Virus record (IMG/VR): IMGVR_UViG_3300032038_000012
Coordinates: 32,001-96,000 of that record
Origin: a virus
Lineage: Duplodnaviria > Caudoviricetes
Length of the DNA stretch: 64,000 nt
Direction: 5' to 3' (one strand)
Of the stretch, positions 1-10,233 are shown piece by piece. Both the position numbers and the translations under genes were made by a program. Position 1 is the first letter of the stretch. Each line of letters opens with the position of its first letter. A model generated the notes under the pieces. It saw only the letters and a program-made list of their open reading frames with translations. It did not search any database and had not been told where the DNA came from.

Positions 1-456
1 GCATTAAAAGAAGATTGTTGGGGAAAATTCAGTAGTGATTTATGGTATGTTATGTTAGATTTAGATAATTTAGTAGAAGCAACATTAAATAATGATAAAT
101 ACCAATTATATTATAAATTATTAATTTATAAAATAGATGGAAAACAAAATGTAGAAATACAAGAGCTACTAGAAAAAGAATTTGGTATGACTCATTCTGT
201 AGAATATTTGTCGTCTTTATGACGTAATAAAATTCCTAAGATGATTGCGGAAACAGCTAAAGAACAATATTTAGAATGGCATTTTACATATAAAGAAAAA
301 GGGAAATGGAAAAAATGTACTAGATGTGGAAAAACTAAATTAGCTACAAATAGATTCTTTTCTAAGAATAGTACTTCTAAAGATGGATGGTATAGCATCT
401 GTAAACAATGTAGAAACGAAAAAAGTGCAGAAATGCGTAAAAATAAAACTAAGTAG
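1..456 (+). CDS. Partial (5'-truncated) protein with an HTH/sigma-region-4-like segment and C-terminal CxxC...CxxC zinc ribbon; in-frame TGA (Trp) at 220-222
   Basis: Frame 1 is open from base 1 except TGA at 220 (...VEYLSSL*RNKIPKMIAE...), continuous with the listed 241..456 ORF; CTRC and CKQC motifs; ends TAG. HTH call is by pattern only. Confidence 0.7.
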
Positions 457-470
457 AAGGAGGTGCGGAA

Positions 471-1655
471 ATGGCTAATAAATTATGTCAAAAATGTGGA
501 AAAATGCTTGATGAAGATACTCAATTTTATACTTATAAAGATGGTACTAAAACAGAAATGTGTAAAAAATGTCTTACTATGCACATTGACAATTTTGACG
601 AAAGTACTTACTTATGGTTGTTAGAAAAAATGGATGTACCTTATATTCCTGAAGAATGGAACGTATTAAGAGAAAGAGCTTATGCAAAAAATCCAAACTT
701 AAATGGAATGTCTGTATTTGGTAAATACTTATCTAAAATGAAATTAAAACAATATAAACAATATGGATGGGCAGATACAGAGAAGTTAAATGCTCTTAAT
801 GATGAAAGAAGAGCAGTACAAAAAGAAGAAAGAGAAAAATTTGAAGAAGAAATTAAAAAGCAATTTGAAGCAGGAGAAATTGGAGAAGCAGAATATAAAA
901 CTATGATAAGTGCGGAAACGCAGAATAAAGATTATATGTCGCGTCCAGTAGCTCCACCAGAGTTTCCACAAGATAAATATTTTAGTGAAAATAGTGAAAT
1001 AGTTCAAGAGCAAATGGATAGCTTAATTTCCGAATTAACACAAGAAGATAAAAAAGTATTAGCTATGAAATGGGGAGCTTTATACAGACCTGAAGAATGG
1101 ATTGAACTAGAAAAAGATTATAATAATATGATGAATTCATTCGATATTCAAGATGCTGATACAATTAATACTTTAATATTAATTTGTAAAACGAACCTTA
1201 AAATGAACCAAGCATTAGATGCAGGAGATATTGAAGGTTATCAAAAATTATCAAAAGTATCTGAATCTTTAAGAAAATCTGCTAAGTTTACAGCGGCGCA
1301 AAACAAAGAACAAAAAAATGATTATGTAGATTGTGTTGGTGAGTTGGTAACAATGTGTGAAAAAGATGGATTTATTCCTAGGTTTGAAACAGATATACCA
1401 CAAGACAAAGTAGATTTAACTTTAAAAGATATGGAGAATTATTTATATAAATTAGTTACTCAAGATTTAGGGTTTGGACAACAAATAGAAGACGCATTAA
1501 AGAAAATTCAAATTCAAAAAGAAATGAATGAAAATGTTGAAGATATATTAGAGGATGATGATCCTACTACTCTAATAGACCAAGACTATGAGGAATTTTA
1601 CAATAGCGTTAATGAGCAAAAAGAACAAGATAAAACACTTGGAGATGAAGAATAA
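471..1655 (+). CDS. Putative terminase small subunit with N-terminal Zn finger
   Basis: AAGGAGG RBS; CQKC/CKKC motifs; TAATG overlap with TerL; function inferred from position. Confidence 0.55.
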   Translation: MANKLCQKCGKMLDEDTQFYTYKDGTKTEMCKKCLTMHIDNFDESTYLWLLEKMDVPYIPEEWNVLRERAYAKNPNLNGMSVFGKYLSKMKLKQYKQYGWADTEKLNALNDERRAVQKEEREKFEEEIKKQFEAGEIGEAEYKTMISAETQNKDYMSRPVAPPEFPQDKYFSENSEIVQEQMDSLISELTQEDKKVLAMKWGALYRPEEWIELEKDYNNMMNSFDIQDADTINTLILICKTNLKMNQALDAGDIEGYQKLSKVSESLRKSAKFTAAQNKEQKNDYVDCVGELVTMCEKDGFIPRFETDIPQDKVDLTLKDMENYLYKLVTQDLGFGQQIEDALKKIQIQKEMNENVEDILEDDDPTTLIDQDYEEFYNSVNEQKEQDKTLGDEE

Positions 1656-3391
1656 TGGCATTAGCAGATTTAATGGAATTATCCTTAAATTCTAATACTA
1701 AAAAAGTAGGATTATCAGAAGAAAGAATAAAAGCACAAAAAGAACTTTTAAGAAAATATATAGCGTATTGGCGCGAATACCCTGATATGTTTGTAGACTT
1801 TTTATGCGGTAGTAACCCAGAAAATTTCCACCTATTCTTTTATCAAAGAATGTTTTTAAGAGCGGTAATGCGTCATAGATATGCCTATGCTACTTTCCCT
1901 CGTGCTTATTCTAAATCATTTTTATCAGTATTGGTATTAATGTTAAGGTGTGTTCTTTATCCTGGTTCACATTTATTCGTTACAACAGGTGGAAAAGAAC
2001 AAGCTGCGGGAATCGCTAGAGAGAAAGCAGAAGAAATCTGTAAATTAATTCCAGGAATGAGAAATGAAATTGACTGGTCAAGAGGTGCAACAAAAGCATC
2101 TAAAAATATGGTTGAATATATATTTAAAAATGGTAGTAAATTAGATATTATGGCCGCACAACAAAGTTCTCGTGGTAAACGTGCTACTGGGGGTCTAATG
2201 GAGGAATGTATCCTTATTGACCAAACATTATTAAACGAAGTTATAATTCCTACCATGAACGTAGACCGTCGTCTTTCGGATGGATCGAGACAAGAAGATG
2301 AAGTTATTAACAAAAGTCAAATTTATGTAACAACAGCTGGTTGGAAAAATTCATTTGCTTATGAAAAGTTAATACAAATCTTAATTCAACAAATTACAGA
2401 ACCTGGTCAAGCAATAGTCCTTGGAGGAACATGGCGAGTTCCTGTTATGGAAAAATTATTAAGAAAATCATTTATTGAAGAATTAAAACTAGATGGAACA
2501 TATAATGATGCCTCATTTGCGCGTGAATACGAATCTGAATGGAGTGGAGATGCGGAAAACGCTTTCTTCTCTGCAGAACGTTTTGATAAACATAGAGTTT
2601 TATTACAACCTGAATATGAATTTAGTGGAAGAAGTAGTAAAAGTGCATATTATATACTTGGTATAGACGTTGGTCGTAAGGGATGTACTACCGAAGTTTG
2701 CGTATTTAAGGTAACGCCGCAAGCACAAGGAACTTCCTTGAAGACTCTTGTTAATTTATATACTTGGGATGAAGAACATTTTGAAGCTCAAGCAATAAAT
2801 ATAAAAAGATTATATTATAAATATAAATGCCGTACTGCGGTTATCGATGCCAACGGTTTAGGTATAGGTCTTGTAGACTTCATGGTAAAAGATCAAATAG
2901 ACCCAGAAACAGGAGAATTATTACCAAACTTTGGTGTTGAAAATGATGATGAAGGCTTTTATAAAAAATTTAAAACTGCTGATACTGAACCTGATGCTAT
3001 GTATTTAATAAAAGCTAATGCGCCAATAAATACAGAAGCTCACACTTATGTTCAAACTCAATTATCTAGTGGAAAAATAAAATTCTTAATAGATGAAAAC
3101 CAAGCAAAAGTAAAATTAATGAGTACAAAGTTAGGACAAAATATGGATAATGATAAAAGAGCAGAATACTTAAAACCTTTTACTTTAACAACTATTTTAA
3201 GAGAGCAAATGTTAAATTTAGTTGAAGAAAATGAAGGTGTTAATATTATTTTAAAACAAGCATCAAGAAGTATTAAGAAGGATAAATTCTCTGCTTTTGA
3301 ATATGGTTTATACTATATCAAGCAGGATGAAGATAGAAAGAAAAAAAGGAAAAAAAGAAACATTGCAGATATGATGTTCTTCGGACACTAA
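1655..3391 (+). CDS. terL: Terminase large subunit
   Basis: Walker A-like PRAYSKS, Walker B-like RGKRATGGLMEE, F-REY-SEW, RNase H-fold GIDVG, IDANGLG, KDKFSA. Confidence 0.9.
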   Translation: MALADLMELSLNSNTKKVGLSEERIKAQKELLRKYIAYWREYPDMFVDFLCGSNPENFHLFFYQRMFLRAVMRHRYAYATFPRAYSKSFLSVLVLMLRCVLYPGSHLFVTTGGKEQAAGIAREKAEEICKLIPGMRNEIDWSRGATKASKNMVEYIFKNGSKLDIMAAQQSSRGKRATGGLMEECILIDQTLLNEVIIPTMNVDRRLSDGSRQEDEVINKSQIYVTTAGWKNSFAYEKLIQILIQQITEPGQAIVLGGTWRVPVMEKLLRKSFIEELKLDGTYNDASFAREYESEWSGDAENAFFSAERFDKHRVLLQPEYEFSGRSSKSAYYILGIDVGRKGCTTEVCVFKVTPQAQGTSLKTLVNLYTWDEEHFEAQAINIKRLYYKYKCRTAVIDANGLGIGLVDFMVKDQIDPETGELLPNFGVENDDEGFYKKFKTADTEPDAMYLIKANAPINTEAHTYVQTQLSSGKIKFLIDENQAKVKLMSTKLGQNMDNDKRAEYLKPFTLTTILREQMLNLVEENEGVNIILKQASRSIKKDKFSAFEYGLYYIKQDEDRKKKRKKRNIADMMFFGH

Positions 3392-3405
3392 AGTTGCTTC
3401 TTATT

Positions 3406-3452
3406 GGGCAACTTTAGCTTATCCAACCATGAAGAATTTAATATTATATTAG
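3406..3452 (+). promoter_or_regulatory. Bipartite late-promoter-like motif, copy 1
   Basis: GGGCAAC...TTTAATATTATATTAG with the same 46-nt spacing as other copies; overlaps perfect inverted repeat CTAAAGTTGC/GCAACTTTAG (3388-3417). Confidence 0.55.
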
Positions 3453-3512
3453 AAATATTTCGAGGAAATATTTTTTGGTATATCGTCATATCTTTATAGA
3501 GGAGGCGAAAAT

Positions 3513-3881
3513 ATGCGTGCAAGTCGTGGTGAAATAAAAATAGAAGAAATATTACAACAAGCAGGAATTCCTTTTCAAGAGGAGTATTCATTCCCTGATT
3601 TGCTAAGCTCAACTGGTCATCCACTAAGATTTGATTTTGCGGTATTCGATGATGAAGGAGAACTTGAATTCTTAATAGAATATCAAGGTATTCAACATTA
3701 TCAAGCAAAAAGTAAATTTGGTGGTTATACAGGTTTGCGCAAACAACAGCTAAATGATATGAGAAAGCGTGAATATTGTAGAAAACATAATATAATTCTT
3801 ATAGCAATACCTTATACAGACGAAGGTCGAATTACATATGATTATATTATGAATGCTTATTATGAACTGGGCGGTTACTAA
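3513..3881 (+). CDS. PD-(D/E)XK (Vsr/DUF559-like) endonuclease
   Basis: EYSFPDL..LRFDF..LIEYQGIQHY..D..KREYC..HNI.LI.IPY pattern; GAGGAGG RBS. Confidence 0.75.
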   Translation: MRASRGEIKIEEILQQAGIPFQEEYSFPDLLSSTGHPLRFDFAVFDDEGELEFLIEYQGIQHYQAKSKFGGYTGLRKQQLNDMRKREYCRKHNIILIAIPYTDEGRITYDYIMNAYYELGGY

Positions 3882-3886
3882 TAAAC

Positions 3887-3915
3887 TTGACAAGATTCAA
3901 TATTTATGATATACT
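3887..3915 (+). promoter_or_regulatory. SigA/sigma70-type promoter with extended -10, upstream of portal
   Basis: TTGACA-17 nt-TATACT with TG at -15/-14. Confidence 0.8.
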
Positions 3916-3950
3916 ATAAAAGAAAAAGGAAGAAAGGTAAGGTGTCGATT

Positions 3951-5561
3951 TTGATAAATAGAAAAGAAGAAATTAAGAAAAAAGGTTTCTCTATCGCTCT
4001 TGCGAGTGACACCAGAGCAACTCAAAGTCCTTTTGAAAACGTTGACTTTTCAAAAATTAAAGTTGGCGCAAAAACTTTAGACGATGCAATTTATACCTTA
4101 GGAGATCTAAAGAGAATAGATAAAACATTAGCAGATAAAAAAGAAATATTAAGAGCTATGCACACTTGTGATTATGCTAAATTAAGAGATGTATCAAATT
4201 TCTTTTATAAAACAAGTGGTATATATTCAAGACTTTGTCGTTATATGGCATACTTATACAGATACGATTGGATGGTTACCCCATATATAAATGCGGAAGA
4301 TGCAAAAACAGAAGATAAAGTATTGGATAAATTTTATGATGTATTATTATATCTTGATAATTTTGAAGTAAAAAAATTCTTTGGAGAAGTTGCTTTAAAG
4401 GTTATTAGATATGGATGTTATTATGGATATCTAATTCCTGGAGTAAAAAGAATGAATGTCCAAGAGCTACCTGCTAACTATTGTCGTTCTAGATTTATGG
4501 TTAATAATCGTCCAGCAATAGAATTTAATATGAAGTTTTTTGATGATTATTTTAGAGATACAACTCAAAAAATTAAAATGTTAAATTTATTCCCAAAAGA
4601 ATTTAAAAAAGGTTACATTATGTATAAAGAAGGTAAATTACCACCTCAATTCGCAGGAGATACAAGTGGTTGGTATTTACTTGATCCAGAATTTGCTTTT
4701 AAATTCAATATTAATGGGGAAGATTTTCCAGCCTTTATTTCTGTAATTCCAGCAATTATAGATTTAGATGAGGCAAAAGAATTAGACCGTAAAAAAATGG
4801 CTCAAGAATTATTAAAAATTATAATTCAAAAGATGCCATTAGATAAAAATGGCGACCTAGTGTTTGACGTTGATGAAGCCGCACAATTACATAATAATGC
4901 AGTTAATATGTTAAGTAAGGCTATTGGTGTAGATGTATTAACTACATTTGCAGATGTTGATGTTGAAGACATGGATAGCGATAGGTCTAGTGCGTCAAGA
5001 GACGATTTAGAGAGAGTTGAAAGAACTGTTTATAATGAAGCAGGTGTATCTCAAATGCAGTTTAATACTGATGGAAATATTGCTCTTGAAAAATCTATAT
5101 TAAATGATGAAGCATCTTTATATAATTTAATTACACAATTTGAGCAATTCTTAAATGTTATAATTGATAAATTTAACAAACAACCTAAGAAATTTTATTA
5201 CAGATGTCAAATATTAACAACAACTATTTATAATTATAAAGAAATGGCTAAATTATATAAAGAACAAATGCAAATAGGTTTCAGTAAAATGTTACCTCAA
5301 ATTGCATTAGGACAATCTCAAAGTTCTATCTTAGCAAATGCTTATTGGGAAAATGATGTCTTAGATTTAATTAACGTATTTATCCCACCATTAATGTCTA
5401 GTACAATGAATGCGGAAGCTCTTGCTATGACAGGAAATAAGGAGGCTAAAAAGGCTATAGGCGGAGAAGGAGAAAATCCTGAAGGCGGTAGACCTACTAA
5501 AGAGTCTCAAGGAGAGCCTGTTTCGGATAAAACTATCCAAAATAAAGAAAGTCAGAATTAG
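3951..5561 (+). CDS. Portal protein (probable TTG start at 3951)
   Basis: Size and position between TerL and protease/capsid; listed ATG at 3906 lies inside the promoter; AAGGTAAGGTG RBS precedes TTG 3951. Confidence 0.75.
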   Translation: MINRKEEIKKKGFSIALASDTRATQSPFENVDFSKIKVGAKTLDDAIYTLGDLKRIDKTLADKKEILRAMHTCDYAKLRDVSNFFYKTSGIYSRLCRYMAYLYRYDWMVTPYINAEDAKTEDKVLDKFYDVLLYLDNFEVKKFFGEVALKVIRYGCYYGYLIPGVKRMNVQELPANYCRSRFMVNNRPAIEFNMKFFDDYFRDTTQKIKMLNLFPKEFKKGYIMYKEGKLPPQFAGDTSGWYLLDPEFAFKFNINGEDFPAFISVIPAIIDLDEAKELDRKKMAQELLKIIIQKMPLDKNGDLVFDVDEAAQLHNNAVNMLSKAIGVDVLTTFADVDVEDMDSDRSSASRDDLERVERTVYNEAGVSQMQFNTDGNIALEKSILNDEASLYNLITQFEQFLNVIIDKFNKQPKKFYYRCQILTTTIYNYKEMAKLYKEQMQIGFSKMLPQIALGQSQSSILANAYWENDVLDLINVFIPPLMSSTMNAEALAMTGNKEAKKAIGGEGENPEGGRPTKESQGEPVSDKTIQNKESQN

Positions 5562-5567
5562 AAAATA

Positions 5568-5615
5568 GGACAAAAACTAATAATAAGAAACCACGTTATT
5601 TTATATTATTATAAG
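5568..5615 (+). promoter_or_regulatory. Bipartite late-promoter-like motif, copy 2
   Basis: GGACAAAA...TTTTATATTATTATAAG upstream of the head operon. Confidence 0.55.
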
Positions 5616-5649
5616 TGGAAGAAAATTATTAAGAAAGGAAAGATGATAT

Positions 5650-7092
5650 ATGATGCATCAATCAATTGCGACAATTGATTCTCCTGAGTTTATTAATTTA
5701 CAACCGCTAGAAATTAATCCGCTAATGAGTAGCTGTGAAATCAAGGTATTATATCTTGGTCAAAACAGAAATCATAGTTATATAACCAAAGACGTAGCTA
5801 CTGAGATGGCGAAGACTCTAAGAGGAGCTCCAATTGTTGGATACTACAAAGAAGAGAAAGAAGATTTTGCAGACCACGGTGAAAAAATCATCTTCGATGA
5901 TGAAGGTGTCAAATTTGAATGCATGACAAAACCTTATGGATTTGTCGCACCAGACGCAAAAGTTTGGTTCCAAAAATTTGAAGATACTGATGAGTTTGGT
6001 AACATAGTAACTAGAGAGTATTTAATGACTACTGGTTATTTATGGACAGGTCAATTTGAAGAAGTAAAATCTGTCATTGATAAAGGTAAACCTCAATCAA
6101 TGGAACTTGATGAAGAAACTTTAAATGGACATTGGTCAACTGATAGCAAATCAGGCATGGATTTTTTCATTATAAATGATGCGATATTTTCGAAATTATG
6201 TATTTTAGGTGACGATGTAGAACCTTGCTTCGAGGGCTCAAGCATTACCGCACCAGAAGTAAGTACTTCATTCACAAAAATAGATGATAATTTTAAGAAA
6301 ACATTGTACACTATGATGCAAGATCTAAAATTTGCATTAGAAGGAGGACAAAAGATGATTATAGATGAAGCTGAAACAAAAGTAACAGAACCTGAAGTTG
6401 TTGAAACTGAAGCTGAAGCTACTGCTGAAGAAACATCTACTGAAACTGAAATCGCTGAAGAAACTGAAGTTGTAACTGAAGAAGAATCTACTGTTGAAAC
6501 TGAAGAAAGTTTAGAAGATAAGGACACAGAAGATCAATCTGTTTTAGCAGAAAATGATAATTCTATAGAAGATCAATCTAGTCAAGAAAACTTTACTAAA
6601 GCAGATGACAAAGATGAAGACGACGAAGAAGAAGAATCTAAAGACGCAGATGCTGAAGATGAAGATTCTGAATCTGAGGATGATGAAGACGAAAAAGATA
6701 AGAAAAAATCTTATGCTTTATTAGAGTCTGAATTAGCAGAAACTAAAGCAGCTTACACAGATCTTGAACAAAAATATCAAGTTCTTGTTGAGTTTAAAAA
6801 ACAAATCGATGATGAAAAGAAAGATGCTTTAATCAATAGTTTCTATATGTTGTCTGACGAAGATAAGGCAGATGTTATCGAGAATAAATCAAATTATTCA
6901 TTAGATGAAATCGAATCTAAACTTTCTGTTATTTGCGTAAGAAAGAAAGTAAATTTTGATTTAGAGGACACTTCTAAAGAAGAAGAAGAAGTAGACAAAG
7001 ACGTTATGACTTACACAGTAAATGATAACGAAGGTAGTTCTACACCAGCGTGGATCGCTGCACTAAAGAATACTAGAGATAGTAGAAAATAA
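5650..7092 (+). CDS. Putative prohead protease/scaffold fusion
   Basis: Globular N-half (NRNHSYI, SMEL, LCILG..VEPCFEGS) then very acidic E/D-rich and coiled-coil C-half; lies between portal and capsid. Confidence 0.65.
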   Translation: MMHQSIATIDSPEFINLQPLEINPLMSSCEIKVLYLGQNRNHSYITKDVATEMAKTLRGAPIVGYYKEEKEDFADHGEKIIFDDEGVKFECMTKPYGFVAPDAKVWFQKFEDTDEFGNIVTREYLMTTGYLWTGQFEEVKSVIDKGKPQSMELDEETLNGHWSTDSKSGMDFFIINDAIFSKLCILGDDVEPCFEGSSITAPEVSTSFTKIDDNFKKTLYTMMQDLKFALEGGQKMIIDEAETKVTEPEVVETEAEATAEETSTETEIAEETEVVTEEESTVETEESLEDKDTEDQSVLAENDNSIEDQSSQENFTKADDKDEDDEEEESKDADAEDEDSESEDDEDEKDKKKSYALLESELAETKAAYTDLEQKYQVLVEFKKQIDDEKKDALINSFYMLSDEDKADVIENKSNYSLDEIESKLSVICVRKKVNFDLEDTSKEEEEVDKDVMTYTVNDNEGSSTPAWIAALKNTRDSRK

Positions 7093-7110
7093 TATTAAGG
7101 AGGAAAGACA

Positions 7111-7605
7111 ATGGCAAAAATTGAAAGAATTGGTTACGGACAAGTTGAACCAAATCATTTATCAGCTCAAAGAACTGCACAAATCTATGCTCAATTACCA
7201 TGTGAAGATAAAATTGAAGTATTAGAAAATGGTCAATTCGTAAAATATGACTATGCTAATAAAGAAGTTAACTTAACTGGTAAAGGTGAATGGATGTTAG
7301 TTTTCAATGAAATCAAATTATATGATGACAGAAAACAAATGTACAGAGACTTCGCAATGAAAAAAGAAGAATGCGTAAATGGTGAAATCGTACCAAGAGT
7401 ATTTAAAACTAATATAGGAGATATTTATACCACTAACATGGTTGATAGCACAAAAGAATATGAAGAAGGAGCTTTATTAAAAGTTAATGATGAAGGAATC
7501 TTAACTACAGGTGGAAGCTTAGATGACGACATGTGTTGGGAAGTTGCTATGGTTTATACTTTAGCAGATGGACAACCAGCTATCAAAATCATGAGGGTTA
7601 AATAA
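7111..7605 (+). CDS. Putative head decoration/cement protein
   Basis: Small gene directly before capsid gene; strong RBS; biased codon use. Confidence 0.5.
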   Translation: MAKIERIGYGQVEPNHLSAQRTAQIYAQLPCEDKIEVLENGQFVKYDYANKEVNLTGKGEWMLVFNEIKLYDDRKQMYRDFAMKKEECVNGEIVPRVFKTNIGDIYTTNMVDSTKEYEEGALLKVNDEGILTTGGSLDDDMCWEVAMVYTLADGQPAIKIMRVK

Positions 7606-7624
7606 TTGAGAGGAGGAAATAAGA

Positions 7625-8656
7625 ATGGCATTAAATAAAAGTGAATTAGTAAAATTAGCTAAAACAGTTGCTAGCGCAAATCCTACTTCTCAAGTTGCAT
7701 ATTCATTTGGAGAAGAAAAATTCAGTTATTCAGATTTAAATGAAACTTTAAGAACTGAATTAAGAGAATTAGCTGGTACATATAGCTTATATAGAGAAAA
7801 TAAAAACACAATCTTCAGTATAATTGAAGAAACAATCGATGATGTATTACCAAGAAAAGTTATGGAACAATACGCATCATTCGCTGAAATCAAAACTTAT
7901 GCTCAAGGTGACAAACCTGTTTTCACTCAAAGAATTACTGCAAGTGCTAAAAGAAGAGCTAAAAGATTTGTTACTAAAGTTGGTTTAGCAGGTATTTATG
8001 AAGTATTCAAATTAGATGGAAAAACATTAGAAGTACCTACTGAAGCATTCGGTGGAGCAGCTCAAATCGGATTTGAAGAATTCTTAGACGGTAGAGTTGA
8101 TTTCGCAGACGTATTAGACGTTATTATGGAAGGTTTAGATGAAGCTATCTACATCGAAATCGAAAAAGCATTAAAAGCAACAATTGATAGTTTACAAGAC
8201 ACTAACAAAGCATCTGAATCAGGATTCAATGAAACTGCAATGGATAACTTAATTGCTATCGCAGACTCATATGGAAAATCTACAATTTATTGTACTTATG
8301 AATTTGCTGCAACTATGGTTCCTGCAGAAGGATGGGTTTCTGATGATATGAGAAACCAAAAATGGAATAATGGATATTTAGCAAACTACAAAGGACATAA
8401 CGTAATCGTATTAGACCAATCATTCGTTGATGAAACTAACACTAAAAAAGTTATTGACCCATCTTATGCTTATATCATTCCAGTAGGAGCAGATAAACCT
8501 GTTAAAATTGCTTTTGAAGGAAATACTATTGTTGATGAATATGTTAACAAAGATCGTTCAAGAGAAGTTCAAGTTTATAAAAAATTAGGTGTTGCAACTT
8601 TAGTTACTAACAACATTTGTGTTTATGTTAATGAAGCTTTAACACCATCAATCTAA
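7625..8656 (+). CDS. Major capsid protein
   Basis: 343 aa, position, strongly biased codons (TTC/ATC/AAC), followed by terminator-like hairpin. Confidence 0.75.
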   Translation: MALNKSELVKLAKTVASANPTSQVAYSFGEEKFSYSDLNETLRTELRELAGTYSLYRENKNTIFSIIEETIDDVLPRKVMEQYASFAEIKTYAQGDKPVFTQRITASAKRRAKRFVTKVGLAGIYEVFKLDGKTLEVPTEAFGGAAQIGFEEFLDGRVDFADVLDVIMEGLDEAIYIEIEKALKATIDSLQDTNKASESGFNETAMDNLIAIADSYGKSTIYCTYEFAATMVPAEGWVSDDMRNQKWNNGYLANYKGHNVIVLDQSFVDETNTKKVIDPSYAYIIPVGADKPVKIAFEGNTIVDEYVNKDRSREVQVYKKLGVATLVTNNICVYVNEALTPSI

Positions 8657-8682
8657 TTTTAAATTAGGAAGATAGAAAATTA

Positions 8683-8743
8683 GGGAGAAGACTATGATAT
8701 ATAAGGAAGACTATATCAATTAAAAGTCTTCTCCCGTTTTTTT
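8683..8743 (+). terminator. Long-loop terminator/attenuator after capsid gene
   Basis: GGGAGAAGACT (8683-8693) / AGTCTTCTCCC (8725-8735) followed by T7. Confidence 0.7.
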
Positions 8744-8772
8744 AGTATATAGGAGAGAAAAGGAGAGAAAAT

Positions 8773-9345
8773 ATGTTAGAAGATAAAACTGTAATAACAG
8801 TATCAAACAGAGATAATGGAAGCGTTGGATATACAATCCCAGATTTAGGAAACTTACACAGAACTTTCCAACCTGGAGAAACAAAAGAAGTTACTATGGG
8901 AGAATTAAGAAAGCTATCTTATTTACCTGGCGGACTTAGCATATTAAAGAATTTATTAATTATAGATAATAAAGAAGCAGTAGAAGAATTAATAGGTGAA
9001 GTTGAACCTGAATATTATTATACTGAAGAAGATATTAAAAAATTAATTACTGAAGGTTCATTAGAACAATTTGAAGATTGTTTAGATTTTGCCCCAAGAG
9101 GAACAATTAATTTATTAAAGAAATTATCTGTTGAAATGAAATTAAATGATATGGCAAAGAGAAAAGCATTACTTGCGGCAACAGGATTTAATGTTACAAA
9201 CGCAATTAATGCAAATGAAGCTAGTGTAGAAGAAGACTCTGATGAGACTGAAACAAAATCAAAGAGAAGAGCTGCATCAATAAAAGATGACAGTGATACA
9301 AAAACTAGAAGAACTACTACAAGTAGATACAATGTAGTTAAATAA
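8773..9345 (+). CDS. Hypothetical head-completion region protein
   Basis: Intact ORF with AAGGAG RBS. Confidence 0.6.
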   Translation: MLEDKTVITVSNRDNGSVGYTIPDLGNLHRTFQPGETKEVTMGELRKLSYLPGGLSILKNLLIIDNKEAVEELIGEVEPEYYYTEEDIKKLITEGSLEQFEDCLDFAPRGTINLLKKLSVEMKLNDMAKRKALLAATGFNVTNAINANEASVEEDSDETETKSKRRAASIKDDSDTKTRRTTTSRYNVVK

Positions 9346-9365
9346 GAAAATTTTGGAGGTGTATT

Positions 9366-9926
9366 ATGGAAAGAACTACTACACCTTTTTCTATGATCTA
9401 CGATAGCTTTCTATCAAAAATAACTGATGATATGTATATGGAATTAAATGAATTAGATACATTCAGAATGTTACAAGAGCTATTAATAACAGCTACACAC
9501 AAATTTGAATTTCCACGTTTTGATATTACTGATTTTGAGGAAAGTTATGTAGAGGATGAAGGTACATATTGTGGAGTTGAGAGCGATGATTGCTGCGCTA
9601 AAGCACTTATTTATGGCGGCGGTTGCTTTAATAGTGTATTAACTCCAGAAGAAATAAATATCTTATCAACTTATATGATAGTAGAATGGTTAGGACAACA
9701 ATTAGCTAGTGTCGAAAACACTAGAATGAAATATAGTGGTTCTGATTTTAAATTTACTTCACAAGCTAATCACATGAGTAAGTTATTAAACTTAAAAAGT
9801 GATTATGAAAGAGAAGGATTTCATCTACAAAGATTATATAAGAGAAGATTAAAAGACGAAAATGGCATTATGCGTTCTACATTTGGATCTATTATGGAGG
9901 TTAGTACTCGTGATTTTATCGAATAA
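9366..9926 (+). CDS. Putative head-tail adaptor
   Basis: GGAGGTG RBS; position; helical protein with DFKFTSQANH motif. Confidence 0.5.
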   Translation: MERTTTPFSMIYDSFLSKITDDMYMELNELDTFRMLQELLITATHKFEFPRFDITDFEESYVEDEGTYCGVESDDCCAKALIYGGGCFNSVLTPEEINILSTYMIVEWLGQQLASVENTRMKYSGSDFKFTSQANHMSKLLNLKSDYEREGFHLQRLYKRRLKDENGIMRSTFGSIMEVSTRDFIE

Positions 9927-10230
9927 TATTGAAATAAAAAACGAAGCAATAGCCTATAATTTAAAAAGATTAACAAATCAAATATATAAGTTATTACCTA
10001 ATAGAGAAGAAAATATAGATTGGCAAACTCCATTAAGTACAATAGTAGAAGAGTTTGCGGGAATGAGTCGATTAATGCCAAAACAGCAAGAAAACATATT
10101 TCCGCTATTATGTAAACTCGAAGGTTTGCATAGTCTAACAGGAGAAGATGATTTCTTCCAATATAGAAGAACTATATTTGAATGTCTTAATCTAATACAA
10201 GTCTTAAAAGATAGTATAGAGGAGGAATAA
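9910..10230 (+). CDS. Hypothetical protein (probable GTG start 9910)
   Basis: GGAGG at 9896-9900 precedes in-frame GTG; listed start 9862 overlaps the upstream gene. Confidence 0.55.
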   Translation: MILSNNIEIKNEAIAYNLKRLTNQIYKLLPNREENIDWQTPLSTIVEEFAGMSRLMPKQQENIFPLLCKLEGLHSLTGEDDFFQYRRTIFECLNLIQVLKDSIEEE

Positions 10231-10233
10231 GAT

